This document shows, piece by piece, positions 53,298 through 63,270 of a DNA stretch of 64,000 bases. This DNA is from Chlamydiales bacterium (GTDB taxonomy: Bacteria > Chlamydiota > Chlamydiia > Chlamydiales > JAAZZY01). The notes below the pieces were generated by a model. The model was given only the letters and a program-made list of their open reading frames with translations, was not told where the DNA came from and did not search any database. Position 1 is the first letter of the stretch. Every line of letters begins with the position of its first letter. The DNA lies in contig CBDBKM010000010.1 of assembly GCA_965206695.1 (NCBI GenBank), positions 320,001 to 384,000 on the forward strand, read 5' to 3'. Made by a program: the position numbers and the translations under genes.

Positions 53298-53697
53298 ATT
53301 GTCTATTTCCAAGCGCTTAAAGCAACAAAGCCGACTCTATAAACCTGAGTTTTGGGTTTTAATCCTTAGTATTTCATGAAGTTAGAAATTTTTTAAGGCA
53401 AAAAGACCTTTTGTTGTTGTTTATTTTTTTTTGTCAAAAATTTTCTACAAAAACAAAAGGTCTAACTGCTCTATATTGCTTTATCGATGATTTTTGGAAA
53501 GTTTTCAAAAAAAGACCGGGTGAAACACCTTATTGAAAATAAACAAAAATTATGTGTTTCAGGTGTGTAAAAAAAAGTTGCAAGATCATTGAGTCCATTT
53601 TTAATAAGAGATAAACGCCCATATGCTCTTTTTTTTGCAAAAAAGTTTTATTATATCGATATAGAAAAGATTACACAAAAAGATCATGGAGGATTTA

Positions 53698-54285
53698 TTA
53701 CTTGTTAGAGATGAAACCATAGATGCCTTCTAAAAACATTTGTACTGACATGAAGGTTAAGATAAGACCCATAAGTCTTTCACAAGCTATGAGACCTCTT
53801 TTTTTGAGTACTTTTTTTATGTAAGGGGCGCTTAATAGAATAATGGAGGCTAGTAACCAAGCAATCAAAATAGCCGATGACATGATAAGATGATCGGGGG
53901 TTTGCTTACTATAAACCATGATAGCAGCTAAAATAGTTGGTCCTGCAACTAATGGAATTGCAAGAGGAACAATAAACGGCTCTTCATCGGCATGATTTGC
54001 TCCTGTAGTCTGAATGTTAGGAAAAATCATACCTAAAGCAATCATAAATAAAATTATACCTCCTGATATTTGAATGGTAGGTATATCAATGTGTAACCAC
54101 GAGAGAATAAGATCACCTATAAACTCAAAGATAACCATGACTCCCAATGCAATCATTTGTTCTCTAAAGATAATTTTTCTTTGCTTTTTTAATCCAAAAT
54201 TATTCAGGATAGATGCAAAGAGCGGAATATTTCCGATAGGATCGATAATCAAAAATAGAGAAAATGCAATACTGAATAATGACAT
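53698..54285 (-). CDS. marC: MarC-family membrane protein
   Basis: DPIGNIP, ISGGIILF, VPLAIPLVAGP and ERLMGL motifs. Confidence 0.88.
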   Translation of the reverse strand: MSLFSIAFSLFLIIDPIGNIPLFASILNNFGLKKQRKIIFREQMIALGVMVIFEFIGDLILSWLHIDIPTIQISGGIILFMIALGMIFPNIQTTGANHADEEPFIVPLAIPLVAGPTILAAIMVYSKQTPDHLIMSSAILIAWLLASIILLSAPYIKKVLKKRGLIACERLMGLILTFMSVQMFLEGIYGFISNK

Positions 54286-54585
54286 AGGATTATAAGTAGC
54301 TTCCTCCAAAACAAAGAATTATTTATTAAATCCGGGTGTGTTGAAAAAGTATCATAAGTCGTTAAAAAACTTCTACAGATGATCGGTGACTTAAGTGGAC
54401 TTTTGAAACATAGCCCTTAAATCTTTATTTATCATTATTTAAGTGATAACTTCCATCTCTTTTTATTGGTTTTGCTGTTCATTCAAGTTAATCCAAGTTT
54501 TTTAGTTGTTGTCATAAATAGTGAAGTGTTTAATAATTTTCATTAGGATTATTAATTAAAAATAAACTTATATACCGTTTTAGTC

Positions 54586-55506
54586 ATGCGGATCAATTTA
54601 GCTGAAGCTTATAAATATATCAGGAAAGGTCGCGTTGTTGCCATTCCAACAGAGACAGTCTACGGACTGGCCTGCGACATGTATAATGAAACAGCTATAC
54701 TGGAACTATTTACTTTAAAAGAAAGAGCATTGGATAAACCTTTCGTTATTCAGATTTCTGATATAGGAGATATACATGATTTTTTAACTGCGATTTCTTT
54801 TGGATGTGAGAAGTTAATGAAGCAATTCTGGCCGGGTTCTCTTACATTAATTTTACCAATAATACCCGAAAAGATACCTGCGATTTTACGTGCTAATTTG
54901 CCCACTGCCGGCTTCCGTATACCGGATCATCCGGTGGCATTAGAACTCATACGGGTAACAGGTCCTTTAGTTGTCACTTCTGCTAATAAAAGCGGCAAAG
55001 TTGCAGCTGTTACCCCCGAAGAAATTGAAGAGGATTTTGGAAAAGATTTTCCTATTTTAAGTAACGAATTAATGATTGAAGGAGAAGAGTCCACCATCTT
55101 AAGTTATATCGATGCCGGATGGGTGATCTTACGAAAAGGAGCGATTGGCCTAGAAAAATTAATGACTGTTGTGGGATATCATCCACCCCATGTAACAGAT
55201 ATTGATTATGCAAAACAGTCTTATAGAGTCGTCCCTCAACTTCATTTAAAAAATATACCTTATAATGGACAGATTAAAACGGTACTTGGATTTCATGGAA
55301 AAGAGTATTTGGGAGCGGAGACTTTGATTCCATTTGGGTCCATAAATGGAAATGCCGAATATTCTTTCCAACAACTTAATCAAGCCTTTTTAGAAATTGA
55401 AAAAGAAGGTTTTCCCCATATTTGGGTTGATATGGATTTTCCTAAAGAAGGAAATTTGAAAGTATTAGCTCAACATATAGAAAGAGCCGTTCGATTCGGA
55501 TCTTAG
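54586..55506 (+). CDS. tsaC: L-threonylcarbamoyladenylate synthase (Sua5/TsaC)
   Basis: PTETVYGL, FWPGSLT, RIPDHP, TSANKSG, EST and ILRKG motifs. Confidence 0.9.
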   Translation: MRINLAEAYKYIRKGRVVAIPTETVYGLACDMYNETAILELFTLKERALDKPFVIQISDIGDIHDFLTAISFGCEKLMKQFWPGSLTLILPIIPEKIPAILRANLPTAGFRIPDHPVALELIRVTGPLVVTSANKSGKVAAVTPEEIEEDFGKDFPILSNELMIEGEESTILSYIDAGWVILRKGAIGLEKLMTVVGYHPPHVTDIDYAKQSYRVVPQLHLKNIPYNGQIKTVLGFHGKEYLGAETLIPFGSINGNAEYSFQQLNQAFLEIEKEGFPHIWVDMDFPKEGNLKVLAQHIERAVRFGS

Positions 55507-55613
55507 CCTCTTCTTGATATTTTTTATGATTTGATCTGATTGCCAAAAATATAATATTTCTATATGGATAGATCTTTTGAATGTCATGCAATTTTAAGGG
55601 CTTTTTTATTTTT

Positions 55614-56036
55614 ATGAATATTAGTACTGACTTGAAAAAGGCTCCTGATGGAGCCGGTTATATTTGGGGTTATATTTGGTCTATCTTAATGGCTATTTTA
55701 GCAATTAGTTCGTATTATTGGGGGATCATGTTGTTAATTGAGACATCAGAGCGCCCGACTTTTAATCTTGTAGTTGGTATCATGCTAATTGTTGCAGGAT
55801 GTGTATACGCCGCAGATACTTATGGTATGATAACTAAAAAAGTTTGGGCATTAATACTGACTTATGCACTTTTGTTTGTGTATTTTATATCAGGGCTTAT
55901 CCTTCTATTTAGTCGCTTTGGAAGTTCAATTACCGGATTCGGTTTATTTGCTTGGGTATCCATTATCATGATAAAATTAATTATCGACTTACTTTGGTTT
56001 GGATATTTTTTTCGTAGAAGATATTGGTTTCGTTGA
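55614..56036 (+). CDS. 4-TM membrane protein, paralog of the next gene
   Basis: G.IWGYIW N-terminus and KLIID.LW.GYF.RRR..F C-terminus. Confidence 0.7.
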   Translation: MNISTDLKKAPDGAGYIWGYIWSILMAILAISSYYWGIMLLIETSERPTFNLVVGIMLIVAGCVYAADTYGMITKKVWALILTYALLFVYFISGLILLFSRFGSSITGFGLFAWVSIIMIKLIIDLLWFGYFFRRRYWFR

Positions 56037-56062
56037 ATTGTATTTATTTTAAAGGGAAGGTC

Positions 56063-56503
56063 ATGGAGGAAAATCAGGCGGCAAAACGGCCACAAGAAAA
56101 AGGATTCATCTGGGGATATATTTGGTGTGTTCTTGTGTTTTTAGGCGCTGTTTTAACATTTATCATGGGTGTCTTTCTATTAGTGGAAAAAAGTATGTAT
56201 CCGGGTGCAAATATCAATCTGGGCATTTTTTCGTTATTAGCAACATGTCTGTATATTTTCGATGGTTTTGGTGTTGCCTATAGAAAATCATGGGGGCTTA
56301 TTCTTACTTATATTATTTTAGGGATTAGTTTTCTTTTGACTATCGGACAATTTATAGCATTAATTGTGCAGCTTTCAATGATCCCTCAGCAGATGATAGC
56401 TATTGGAAGAGTAACCGGATATTTTATTTTCCTTATTTTAAAATTAATCATTGATATTCTTTGGATAGGGTATTTTTATCGACGTCGCGATATGTTTACT
56501 TAA
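56063..56503 (+). CDS. 4-TM membrane protein, tandem paralog
   Basis: Same motifs as 55614-56036. Confidence 0.7.
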   Translation: MEENQAAKRPQEKGFIWGYIWCVLVFLGAVLTFIMGVFLLVEKSMYPGANINLGIFSLLATCLYIFDGFGVAYRKSWGLILTYIILGISFLLTIGQFIALIVQLSMIPQQMIAIGRVTGYFIFLILKLIIDILWIGYFYRRRDMFT

Positions 56504-57500
56504 CCCTTTCTAATTGAGATTGAGCTAAAGTTATATACCAAAGTTTATCCAGAAACTGTTTGTGTTTGTTGTTTAGATTATGAATGACAAGGAAGCAATC
56601 TCGATTTTTTTTGAATGCACTTATCGTCCAATTAGTAGAACCGTTAATCAAGATCCCTTGATCAATATAAGCAAATTTATGATGCAGAAGTTGTGCACCC
56701 TTATTAGTATAAATACATACATTGTTATCTTTTAATTTTTTTAAGGTTTGTGCACTGCTGCCTATACCGGATTGATAGTCTAAGATAACTTCAACTTTTA
56801 CTCCTCGATTTTTGGCATCTATTACTGCTTGAGTGATTAATGGATGAGTCCAAGTAAATAGAGCTATTTTAAGAGAGTTTTTTGCTTCTTTGATTAGCTC
56901 AATGATTCTCGCAAGAGCTTCCTTTTGATTAGGTAGGGACCACCATTCTACTTCTTGCGTGCCAATGTTTAAAATATCATTTTTATCAGTTACCGGGTTT
57001 AAAGTCGTATTTAAAATTTTTTCAGCAAGCTTTATCGATATAAGAGAAACAACAAGATTATCATGCATTCTAAGAGATTCTGACGTCAGATTTGATGATC
57101 CTATAAAAATAAGAGATTGATCTATTATAAGAATTTTTTGGTGCATCAATCCGCTTTCTTTTTTTGTGATAACTTCAATGTTATCATTTAAGACTGAGCG
57201 AACTAAAGAGTAACATCGGTGATCAATAATAATTGAGATTTTTATGTTTTCGTAGCTCTTTTTATTTAGAATTTCTAAAATTTTTTTATCAGTTAGCGTA
57301 TAGATAACAAGAAAAATAGATTGTTTTGCTTTTTGTATGCCGGAAATAAAAGTGTCTTTGAGATCTTTGCGGCATTGATTAGAATAAAAACGGATGGGAT
57401 TTTTAGGGCAAGGTAATTCAACCTTAATTTCATTTTTAATAAATAAAAGCAAAAAAAACACTATTATAGCAAATAATAATGCTTTGTATGTGGATTTCAT
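56496..57500 (-). CDS. Phospholipase D-family protein (two HKD motifs)
   Basis: HQKILIID...GSSN and HHKFAYID...GSTN. Confidence 0.9.
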   Translation of the reverse strand: MKSTYKALLFAIIVFFLLLFIKNEIKVELPCPKNPIRFYSNQCRKDLKDTFISGIQKAKQSIFLVIYTLTDKKILEILNKKSYENIKISIIIDHRCYSLVRSVLNDNIEVITKKESGLMHQKILIIDQSLIFIGSSNLTSESLRMHDNLVVSLISIKLAEKILNTTLNPVTDKNDILNIGTQEVEWWSLPNQKEALARIIELIKEAKNSLKIALFTWTHPLITQAVIDAKNRGVKVEVILDYQSGIGSSAQTLKKLKDNNVCIYTNKGAQLLHHKFAYIDQGILINGSTNWTISAFKKNRDCFLVIHNLNNKHKQFLDKLWYITLAQSQLERVK

Positions 57501-57505
57501 ATCGA

Positions 57506-57540
57506 ATAAAAGGCTTTTTTAGTTATAAAAAGCCTTTTAT
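57506..57540 (-). terminator. Hairpin downstream of rpmB
   Basis: ATAAAAGGCTTTTT / AAAAAGCCTTTTAT. Confidence 0.55.
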
Positions 57541-57552
57541 TATACTTATTGA

Positions 57553-57828
57553 CTATATTTTTTGACCCTTAGAACGAAGCTCACGAATAATAGGCGAGAG
57601 TCCTTTTTTATCGATGGTACGCATAGCAGATGTACTTAATTTAAGAGTGATGAAGCGTTTTTCTTCCGCAAACCAAAATCTTTTTTTGATAAGATTAGGC
57701 AGAAAACGACGCTTGGTAACACCGGTAATATTCAGTCCAATTCCTTTTTTCTTTTTTGCAATACCCCGCAGCGCATAACTTCTTCCGCTAACGGGTTTTT
57801 TCCCTGTAACCTGACACTTTTTTCCCAT
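57553..57828 (-). CDS. rpmB: 50S ribosomal protein L28
   Basis: [27 protein letters not shown], the chlamydial-type L28. Confidence 0.93.
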   Translation of the reverse strand: MGKKCQVTGKKPVSGRSYALRGIAKKKKGIGLNITGVTKRRFLPNLIKKRFWFAEEKRFITLKLSTSAMRTIDKKGLSPIIRELRSKGQKI

Positions 57829-57959
57829 GACTTTTCTCTCCATAAAAGAATGGGATGCATGCTAACAGATCATTTTTTATTGCACAAGAATATTTCTATA
57901 GTACATACTGATCATTAGGAGGGGTGATTTATGCCCAAGCCTTTTTTGTAGAGTTATTT

Positions 57960-59357
57960 ATGGAAAACCTAACACTTGATATGGTAGTTATCGGATCGGG
58001 ACCTGCAGGTCAAAAGGCTGCAATTCAGGCTTCAAAACTTGGAAAAACGGTTGCTGTTATTGAAAAAGATATACATCCGGGCGGAGCTTGTTTGAATTCA
58101 GCGACAATTCCATCCAAGACCCTAAGGGCTGCTATACTAGATTTGAGTGACTTTTATTCTCGAAGTTTTTATGGAAAAAACTCTTGTCCCAGGATACTTT
58201 CTATCAATGATTTAACTTATAGATTACATCAGGTTTTTGAGATTGAACGAGAGATAGTTCGTCGGCAATTTAGGAAAAACCATATTCAATTAATAACCGG
58301 CCATGCTTACTTTGAAAGCAAAAATATTGTGGTAGTTAAAAGTCTTGAGGATAAGATCCTCTATCGGATACGAGCAGAATATATCATGATTGGAGTAGGA
58401 TCCAAGCCTCGTAACCCCATTGAAGTTCCCTTTGATGATAAAGTGATCTTAGATTCCACAAGGCTATTATCCATTGATAAATTACCTAAGACTATGATTG
58501 TTCTGGGCGGAGGTATTATCGGATCTGAGTATGCGAGCTTTTTCGCTGTTCTTGGAACTAAAGTCCACGTTGTTGATAAAAAGGATCATCTTCTTCCTCT
58601 ATTAGATAGAGAAATCGGCATACATCTACAAACAGCCTTATCTGATATTGGATTGACTTTTACGGGAAAGAAAGAGCCTAAAAAGATATCTAATCAAGAT
58701 GGGCATGCGGTTTTAGAATGCATGGATGGGGAGGTGATAGAAGCGGATGTTCTATTATTTGCTCTTGGACGAACCGCCAATGTAGATAATTTACATATTG
58801 AAAATGCGGGGATTCATCTTGATAATTATGGCTATGTACCGGTCAATGACATGTTTCAAACTCCTACATCTAATATTTATGCGATTGGTGATGTTATTGG
58901 AGCTCCTGCTTTGGCATCAACCGGTATGGAGCAGGGGCGACTGGCAGCACTACATGCTTACGGGATAAAGACACATCAATTTCCATCCGTATATCCTATT
59001 GGGATTTACACTATCCCTGAAATTTCTTGCTGTGGGTATACGGAAAGTCAATTACAAGACTTAGGTTTTCACTACGAAGTAGGGAGAGCTTATTATTATG
59101 AAATAGCCTGCAGCCATATAAATGGATCCGGAGATATTGGCATGTTCAAAATCCTTTTCCATGCTGATACTCTTGAAATTCTTGGTATTCATATCATCGG
59201 AAGAGGAGCGACTGAGGTTATTCATATCGGACAAGTGGCTATGACTTTCAATGTTCGGATCGATTATTTTATAAACCAGGTATTTAATTACCCGACTTAT
59301 GCCGAAGGCTATAGGATAGCGGCTCTAAATGGTTATAACAAGATTGGACACAAGTAG
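57960..59357 (+). CDS. sthA: Soluble pyridine nucleotide transhydrogenase
   Basis: GSGPAGQKAA, GGACLNSATIPSK (single Cys), STGMEQGR, IYTIPEI and FNYPTYAE motifs. Confidence 0.9.
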   Translation: MENLTLDMVVIGSGPAGQKAAIQASKLGKTVAVIEKDIHPGGACLNSATIPSKTLRAAILDLSDFYSRSFYGKNSCPRILSINDLTYRLHQVFEIEREIVRRQFRKNHIQLITGHAYFESKNIVVVKSLEDKILYRIRAEYIMIGVGSKPRNPIEVPFDDKVILDSTRLLSIDKLPKTMIVLGGGIIGSEYASFFAVLGTKVHVVDKKDHLLPLLDREIGIHLQTALSDIGLTFTGKKEPKKISNQDGHAVLECMDGEVIEADVLLFALGRTANVDNLHIENAGIHLDNYGYVPVNDMFQTPTSNIYAIGDVIGAPALASTGMEQGRLAALHAYGIKTHQFPSVYPIGIYTIPEISCCGYTESQLQDLGFHYEVGRAYYYEIACSHINGSGDIGMFKILFHADTLEILGIHIIGRGATEVIHIGQVAMTFNVRIDYFINQVFNYPTYAEGYRIAALNGYNKIGHK

Positions 59358-59370
59358 TGAGGTTATTTAG

Positions 59371-59877
59371 ATGCCTTTAGATAATGATGATGAGATTCCC
59401 GTTAATGGGTTTAAAAAAAACAAAAACTCCTCTTATCCTAAACCTATTAGGTTGGAAGATCTCATTGGGAGTGCAAATAAGCAAGACGAAGAGGAACACG
59501 AAAGCCTACCCCCAAGGCCCCTTCCTAAGAAGGAAAAGACGATCTTAGCCGGAGTTTATCTACGTATTCTGATGCTATTTTTAGTCGTTGTGATGGTTAT
59601 ATGGCTAGTCCGGACTGTTTTATCATCTGTTATTAATTTGATTTTGACGGTACTCACTTTTTTTCTTAATGCGAAAATAAGAAAAAATCTTAAAACCTCA
59701 TATCAATTGATAAAACGAGCCCTTATCACCCTTTTCGGTTGCCTTGTGTCATTAATTAGTCCACGTATTGGACTGGCTCTACTCGTAGCCTATCTCATGA
59801 CAAATGCTAAAGATAAGGATCAAGATAGCTTTATTTCATTACTTCGAAGGCACCTTTATAAATTCACTAAGTTTTAA
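59371..59877 (+). CDS. Hypothetical membrane protein
   Basis: 168-aa ORF with two hydrophobic regions; RBS present. Confidence 0.55.
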   Translation: MPLDNDDEIPVNGFKKNKNSSYPKPIRLEDLIGSANKQDEEEHESLPPRPLPKKEKTILAGVYLRILMLFLVVVMVIWLVRTVLSSVINLILTVLTFFLNAKIRKNLKTSYQLIKRALITLFGCLVSLISPRIGLALLVAYLMTNAKDKDQDSFISLLRRHLYKFTKF

Positions 59878-59890
59878 ACAGGAGTTTCGT

Positions 59891-60345
59891 GCTACAGAAG
59901 TGTGTTATTTAAACAACTATTTAATAACACACTTCTGTAGCCTTCTAAAGCCTTCTGTTCACTGAAATATAAGCTTGTAATGCTACCGGTAGCATCATCG
60001 ATAAAAACATTTAGATTAACCATAGGATGATTGTCTCCAAACCATCTATGATGAGATCCGTCTGCTTGGATAAGCTCGCCAAAAGATTCTTTTCTTTGCC
60101 TTGGTAGGTATGTTTGTTTCTTCTTTTTTCTTGGAATCCAAATAAAGTTCTCAATCATCCACAATCTGAGTGTTTCAATAGATACTTTTAAATGATGCTC
60201 TTCTTCCGGTTTCTCTTGAGCTAATATTGGAGCAAAACCGGAATAGTTATCTCTTACTAAACTTAATACTTTCTTTTTCAAAGAGTCAGGAAGCTTACGG
60301 TTACTTGGTTTATCTCTATGAAGCGAAATGAAACCTTTAGCCTAC
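59891..60345 (-). pseudogene. ISNCY (IS1202-like) transposase remnant
   Basis: VSIETLRLWM, FGELIQADGSHHRWF and FIDDAT motifs. Confidence 0.75.
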
Positions 60346-60423
60346 AGTCCCATTATGGGTGCAAGGCGTCGCATAGGCGCCAAGAATCGTTGTCAGAAAT
60401 CAGTTATGCAGAGGTCTTTTCTC

Positions 60424-60473
60424 CTCTTCGATACGCAACCGTCACTTGCGAGTCGACTGCATCCGTGCAGTCT
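60424..60473. repeat. Second copy of the 50-bp REP-like repeat
   Basis: Matches 15426-15475. Confidence 0.8.
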
Positions 60474-60511
60474 CCATAGATGATGAATGAAAAAGATCAA
60501 TGGTTCATAAA

Positions 60512-60919
60512 TTATCTGTTTTTTAATCGTTGGACTTCGATAGCAACAGATCCGGCATTTTCAATTGCGCCCGGTTTATCCAGAATAAGGCAAACGCCAA
60601 AAAGGGGGTAGTTCTCTAATAATTTTTCACACAATTTATCGGCTAACGTTTCAATTAGATAGAACTCAGAAGATTTAATAAAGTCAAGACAGGTATTACA
60701 GACATGCTCATAATCAATGACATCTTCCAAGTTATCTCTGATTCGAGGTGCATTATCAGGTAAAAATAACTTAAGGTTAAGAATAAGTTTTTGTGGGCCG
60801 GCTCTTTCATTCGGATAGAATCCTATAATAGCAAAAACTATGAGATCCCTAATAATAATGGTATCAGTAGTTTGTATTATAGCTGAGATTTTGTCTCGAG
60901 TTTGGGTGTGTAACGTCAT
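60512..60919 (-). CDS. folB: Dihydroneopterin aldolase
   Basis: DTIIIRDL..AIIG..ER..Q, IDYE, LIETLA and KPGA motifs. Confidence 0.88.
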   Translation of the reverse strand: MTLHTQTRDKISAIIQTTDTIIIRDLIVFAIIGFYPNERAGPQKLILNLKLFLPDNAPRIRDNLEDVIDYEHVCNTCLDFIKSSEFYLIETLADKLCEKLLENYPLFGVCLILDKPGAIENAGSVAIEVQRLKNR

Positions 60920-61898
60920 TTTCTTGTTTTCCGTGAGTTGCTTTATTCGAATAGACAAAAGTATTATTTACTTGTTTTTGGTTTTCCTCTTGGCTTTGAT
61001 CATCACCATTATCGCTTTCTTTAGTCTTACCGGAAGCGGGTGAGGCTTTCTGAATCAACATTGCCGGGGCTGAACGACTCGTACTTCCGTTCATCAGTTC
61101 TACCGGAAATCCGGAAGAGGATCGTTTAGAGACAACAATAGTCTCGCCGGGTTGCCATTGATTCACATAACTTTGCGCGCCGGGGGCTACTTTATAAACA
61201 GCTCCATTATCTAACACTATTTGTGAACCGGTGGTTGATTTGATGGTATAGGTTTCAGAAAAATCCTTATGAAGCGCTTTACCGGCTTTTTGAGCATTGA
61301 CAGTTTGTCCTGAAGATTCATTTTTTAAAACAAAGGGATATAAAACATCCTTGCCTTTAGTGCATGTAATTTTGTCTCCGGGCTTCCAGTAAAATGTATA
61401 GATCCTATCATAGGAAACAATATTCCAAATAGAACCATTTTGCAATTGAATATATTGGCCATCTTTCATATTCACTTTGATGACATTGCCATCCTTTTTC
61501 TTTTGATCCTTACTCTTTTCGTTATCATTAGCAGCACCGGCAATATCTGTACTTGGAACGTTTCCAAGAAGTGTGATTGTCCAAGAAGTAAGCCATTCTT
61601 CTAAAGCAAGTCTTTCCGCATGAGTTAATTTATCAATACCTGTGCTTGTCTGCACGTGGCTAGGCATAACAACTTCCAGGCTAATGACATTGTCTTTGGA
61701 ATCCTTTTGCTTCCCTTTTTTAGTCTCTTCATTTTTTCTTTTGTAATCTGATTTTGTTTTCTCCTTTTTCTCTTGATAAGATTGATATCCGAACGAACTT
61801 GCTTGGTAGGAAGAATTTTGAGAATAGTTTGCTTTTAAAAAAGAAGCAGGACATAAAAAAATGATGAAAAAAACTCTAATAAACGACATAGCCGGCAT
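60864..61898 (-). CDS. Secreted hypothetical protein with two internal repeats
   Basis: Signal peptide; TGIDKLT.AE..AL..W segment; repeats I.L.NG....V...W.PG..I. Confidence 0.65.
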   Translation of the reverse strand: MPAMSFIRVFFIIFLCPASFLKANYSQNSSYQASSFGYQSYQEKKEKTKSDYKRKNEETKKGKQKDSKDNVISLEVVMPSHVQTSTGIDKLTHAERLALEEWLTSWTITLLGNVPSTDIAGAANDNEKSKDQKKKDGNVIKVNMKDGQYIQLQNGSIWNIVSYDRIYTFYWKPGDKITCTKGKDVLYPFVLKNESSGQTVNAQKAGKALHKDFSETYTIKSTTGSQIVLDNGAVYKVAPGAQSYVNQWQPGETIVVSKRSSSGFPVELMNGSTSRSAPAMLIQKASPASGKTKESDNGDDQSQEENQKQVNNTFVYSNKATHGKQENDVTHPNSRQNLSYNTNY

Positions 61899-62011
61899 CC
61901 TAAAAAACCATATTTATTTCAATGATATATTTTAATACCAATAATATGAAAAATTAGCTAGTAAGGAAAGAGATAAGTGATCTTTTAAACAACTTACATT
62001 TTTATTTACTT

Positions 62012-62974
62012 ATGACATGGTTTATTATCCTTTGCATGATACTTGGCGGAATTGTTGTCATGTATGCGGGTGCCGAATTATTAGTAAGAGGGGCTGCCTT
62101 TTTAGTCTTAAAGTTGGGGATTACCCCCCTTATTATTGGGCTGACAGTCGTAGCTTTTAGCACCTCTTCTCCGGAATTTGTAGGTAGCTTGGTTGCTCAA
62201 ATTCAGGGAAAAAAAGGAGACCTTTCTATTGGTAACGTCATTGGATCCGGTATCGCTAATATCGGCTTAATTTTAGGGATTTCGACTCTCTTTTACAGAT
62301 TGCCCATATCTTCAACTATTAAGAAACAGGAAATGATCATAACAATGGCCTCAACTCTATTATTATGGTTATTTATGTTGAGTGGCGGAATAGGAAGGAT
62401 AAAAGGTGGGGTCCTGTTTTTAGGAAGTATTAGTTATATTATTTATCAGATTTTTTTGGCTAAACGAGGCCTATTAACGCTTAAAGATGAAGAGATTCCG
62501 ATATTAAAAGAAATAGAAAAAAGGAAAAGAGATCAACCTCTTTTCAATGTTGTTTTAGTCATTGTTGGAGTTGTTATTTTAGTGATAGGGGCCTATCTAT
62601 TAATTAACGGAGCGATTGAGTTAGCAACACTTGCAGGGATATCAGAGCGTGTTATCGCTCTAACAGTTGTTGCTTTAGGTACTTCCTTGCCTGAGTTGGC
62701 GACTACATTGGTAGCCGGAATGCGTCAGCAGTGCGAGATTGCTTTAGGTAATATTATTGGGAGTAATATCTTAAATCACCTGTTTGTTGCAGGTCTTGTT
62801 GCCTTTATTATACCGATTCAATTTGCTCCTAAGTTTATTTATCAAGATATGCCGGTATTAGTTGGTTTTACGTGTGTATTATGGCTTTTTATGTTTAGAC
62901 AGCAAGTCTTTGCAAGATGGAATGGGCCGGTGCTATTAGCAGGTTACGCTCTGTACCTTATTTTTATCGTTTAA
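62012..62974 (+). CDS. Ca2+/Na+ antiporter (YrbG/CaCA family)
   Basis: Two alpha-repeats: TSSPE/GNVIGS and GTSLPE/GNIIGSN. Confidence 0.9.
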   Translation: MTWFIILCMILGGIVVMYAGAELLVRGAAFLVLKLGITPLIIGLTVVAFSTSSPEFVGSLVAQIQGKKGDLSIGNVIGSGIANIGLILGISTLFYRLPISSTIKKQEMIITMASTLLLWLFMLSGGIGRIKGGVLFLGSISYIIYQIFLAKRGLLTLKDEEIPILKEIEKRKRDQPLFNVVLVIVGVVILVIGAYLLINGAIELATLAGISERVIALTVVALGTSLPELATTLVAGMRQQCEIALGNIIGSNILNHLFVAGLVAFIIPIQFAPKFIYQDMPVLVGFTCVLWLFMFRQQVFARWNGPVLLAGYALYLIFIV

Positions 62975-63188
62975 AGAGTTTATCTTGAAGATTAGGCAAG
63001 GCATCAAGAAAAAAAAGGTCTCGGGGTCTAAGTGGAATCCCTTAAATTTGATTTTTTCAGTTGAGATTTTATTTTAACTCACCTTACGCAAAGTTAGTAT
63101 AAAAATTTTTCTATAGGTTGTATAATTTTCTTTCAATTTTAAGGAAAGAACACGTCAAAAGATCTTCCGGATATATCGTGAATGACAA

Positions 63189-63270
63189 GGTAGTCGATAA
63201 TTTAAGCCTTTGGAGATCGTAATGGTCGTTGAATGAGTAATCCCTTCTCTTTAGGATAGGGAACTGTCAA
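63189..63270 (+). mobile_element. IS200/IS605 right-end remnant overlapping the malQ 3' end
   Basis: GGTAGTCGATAATTTAAGCCTTTGGAGATCG...GGGAACTGTCAA, homologous to the remnants at 10995 and 38151. Confidence 0.7.
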
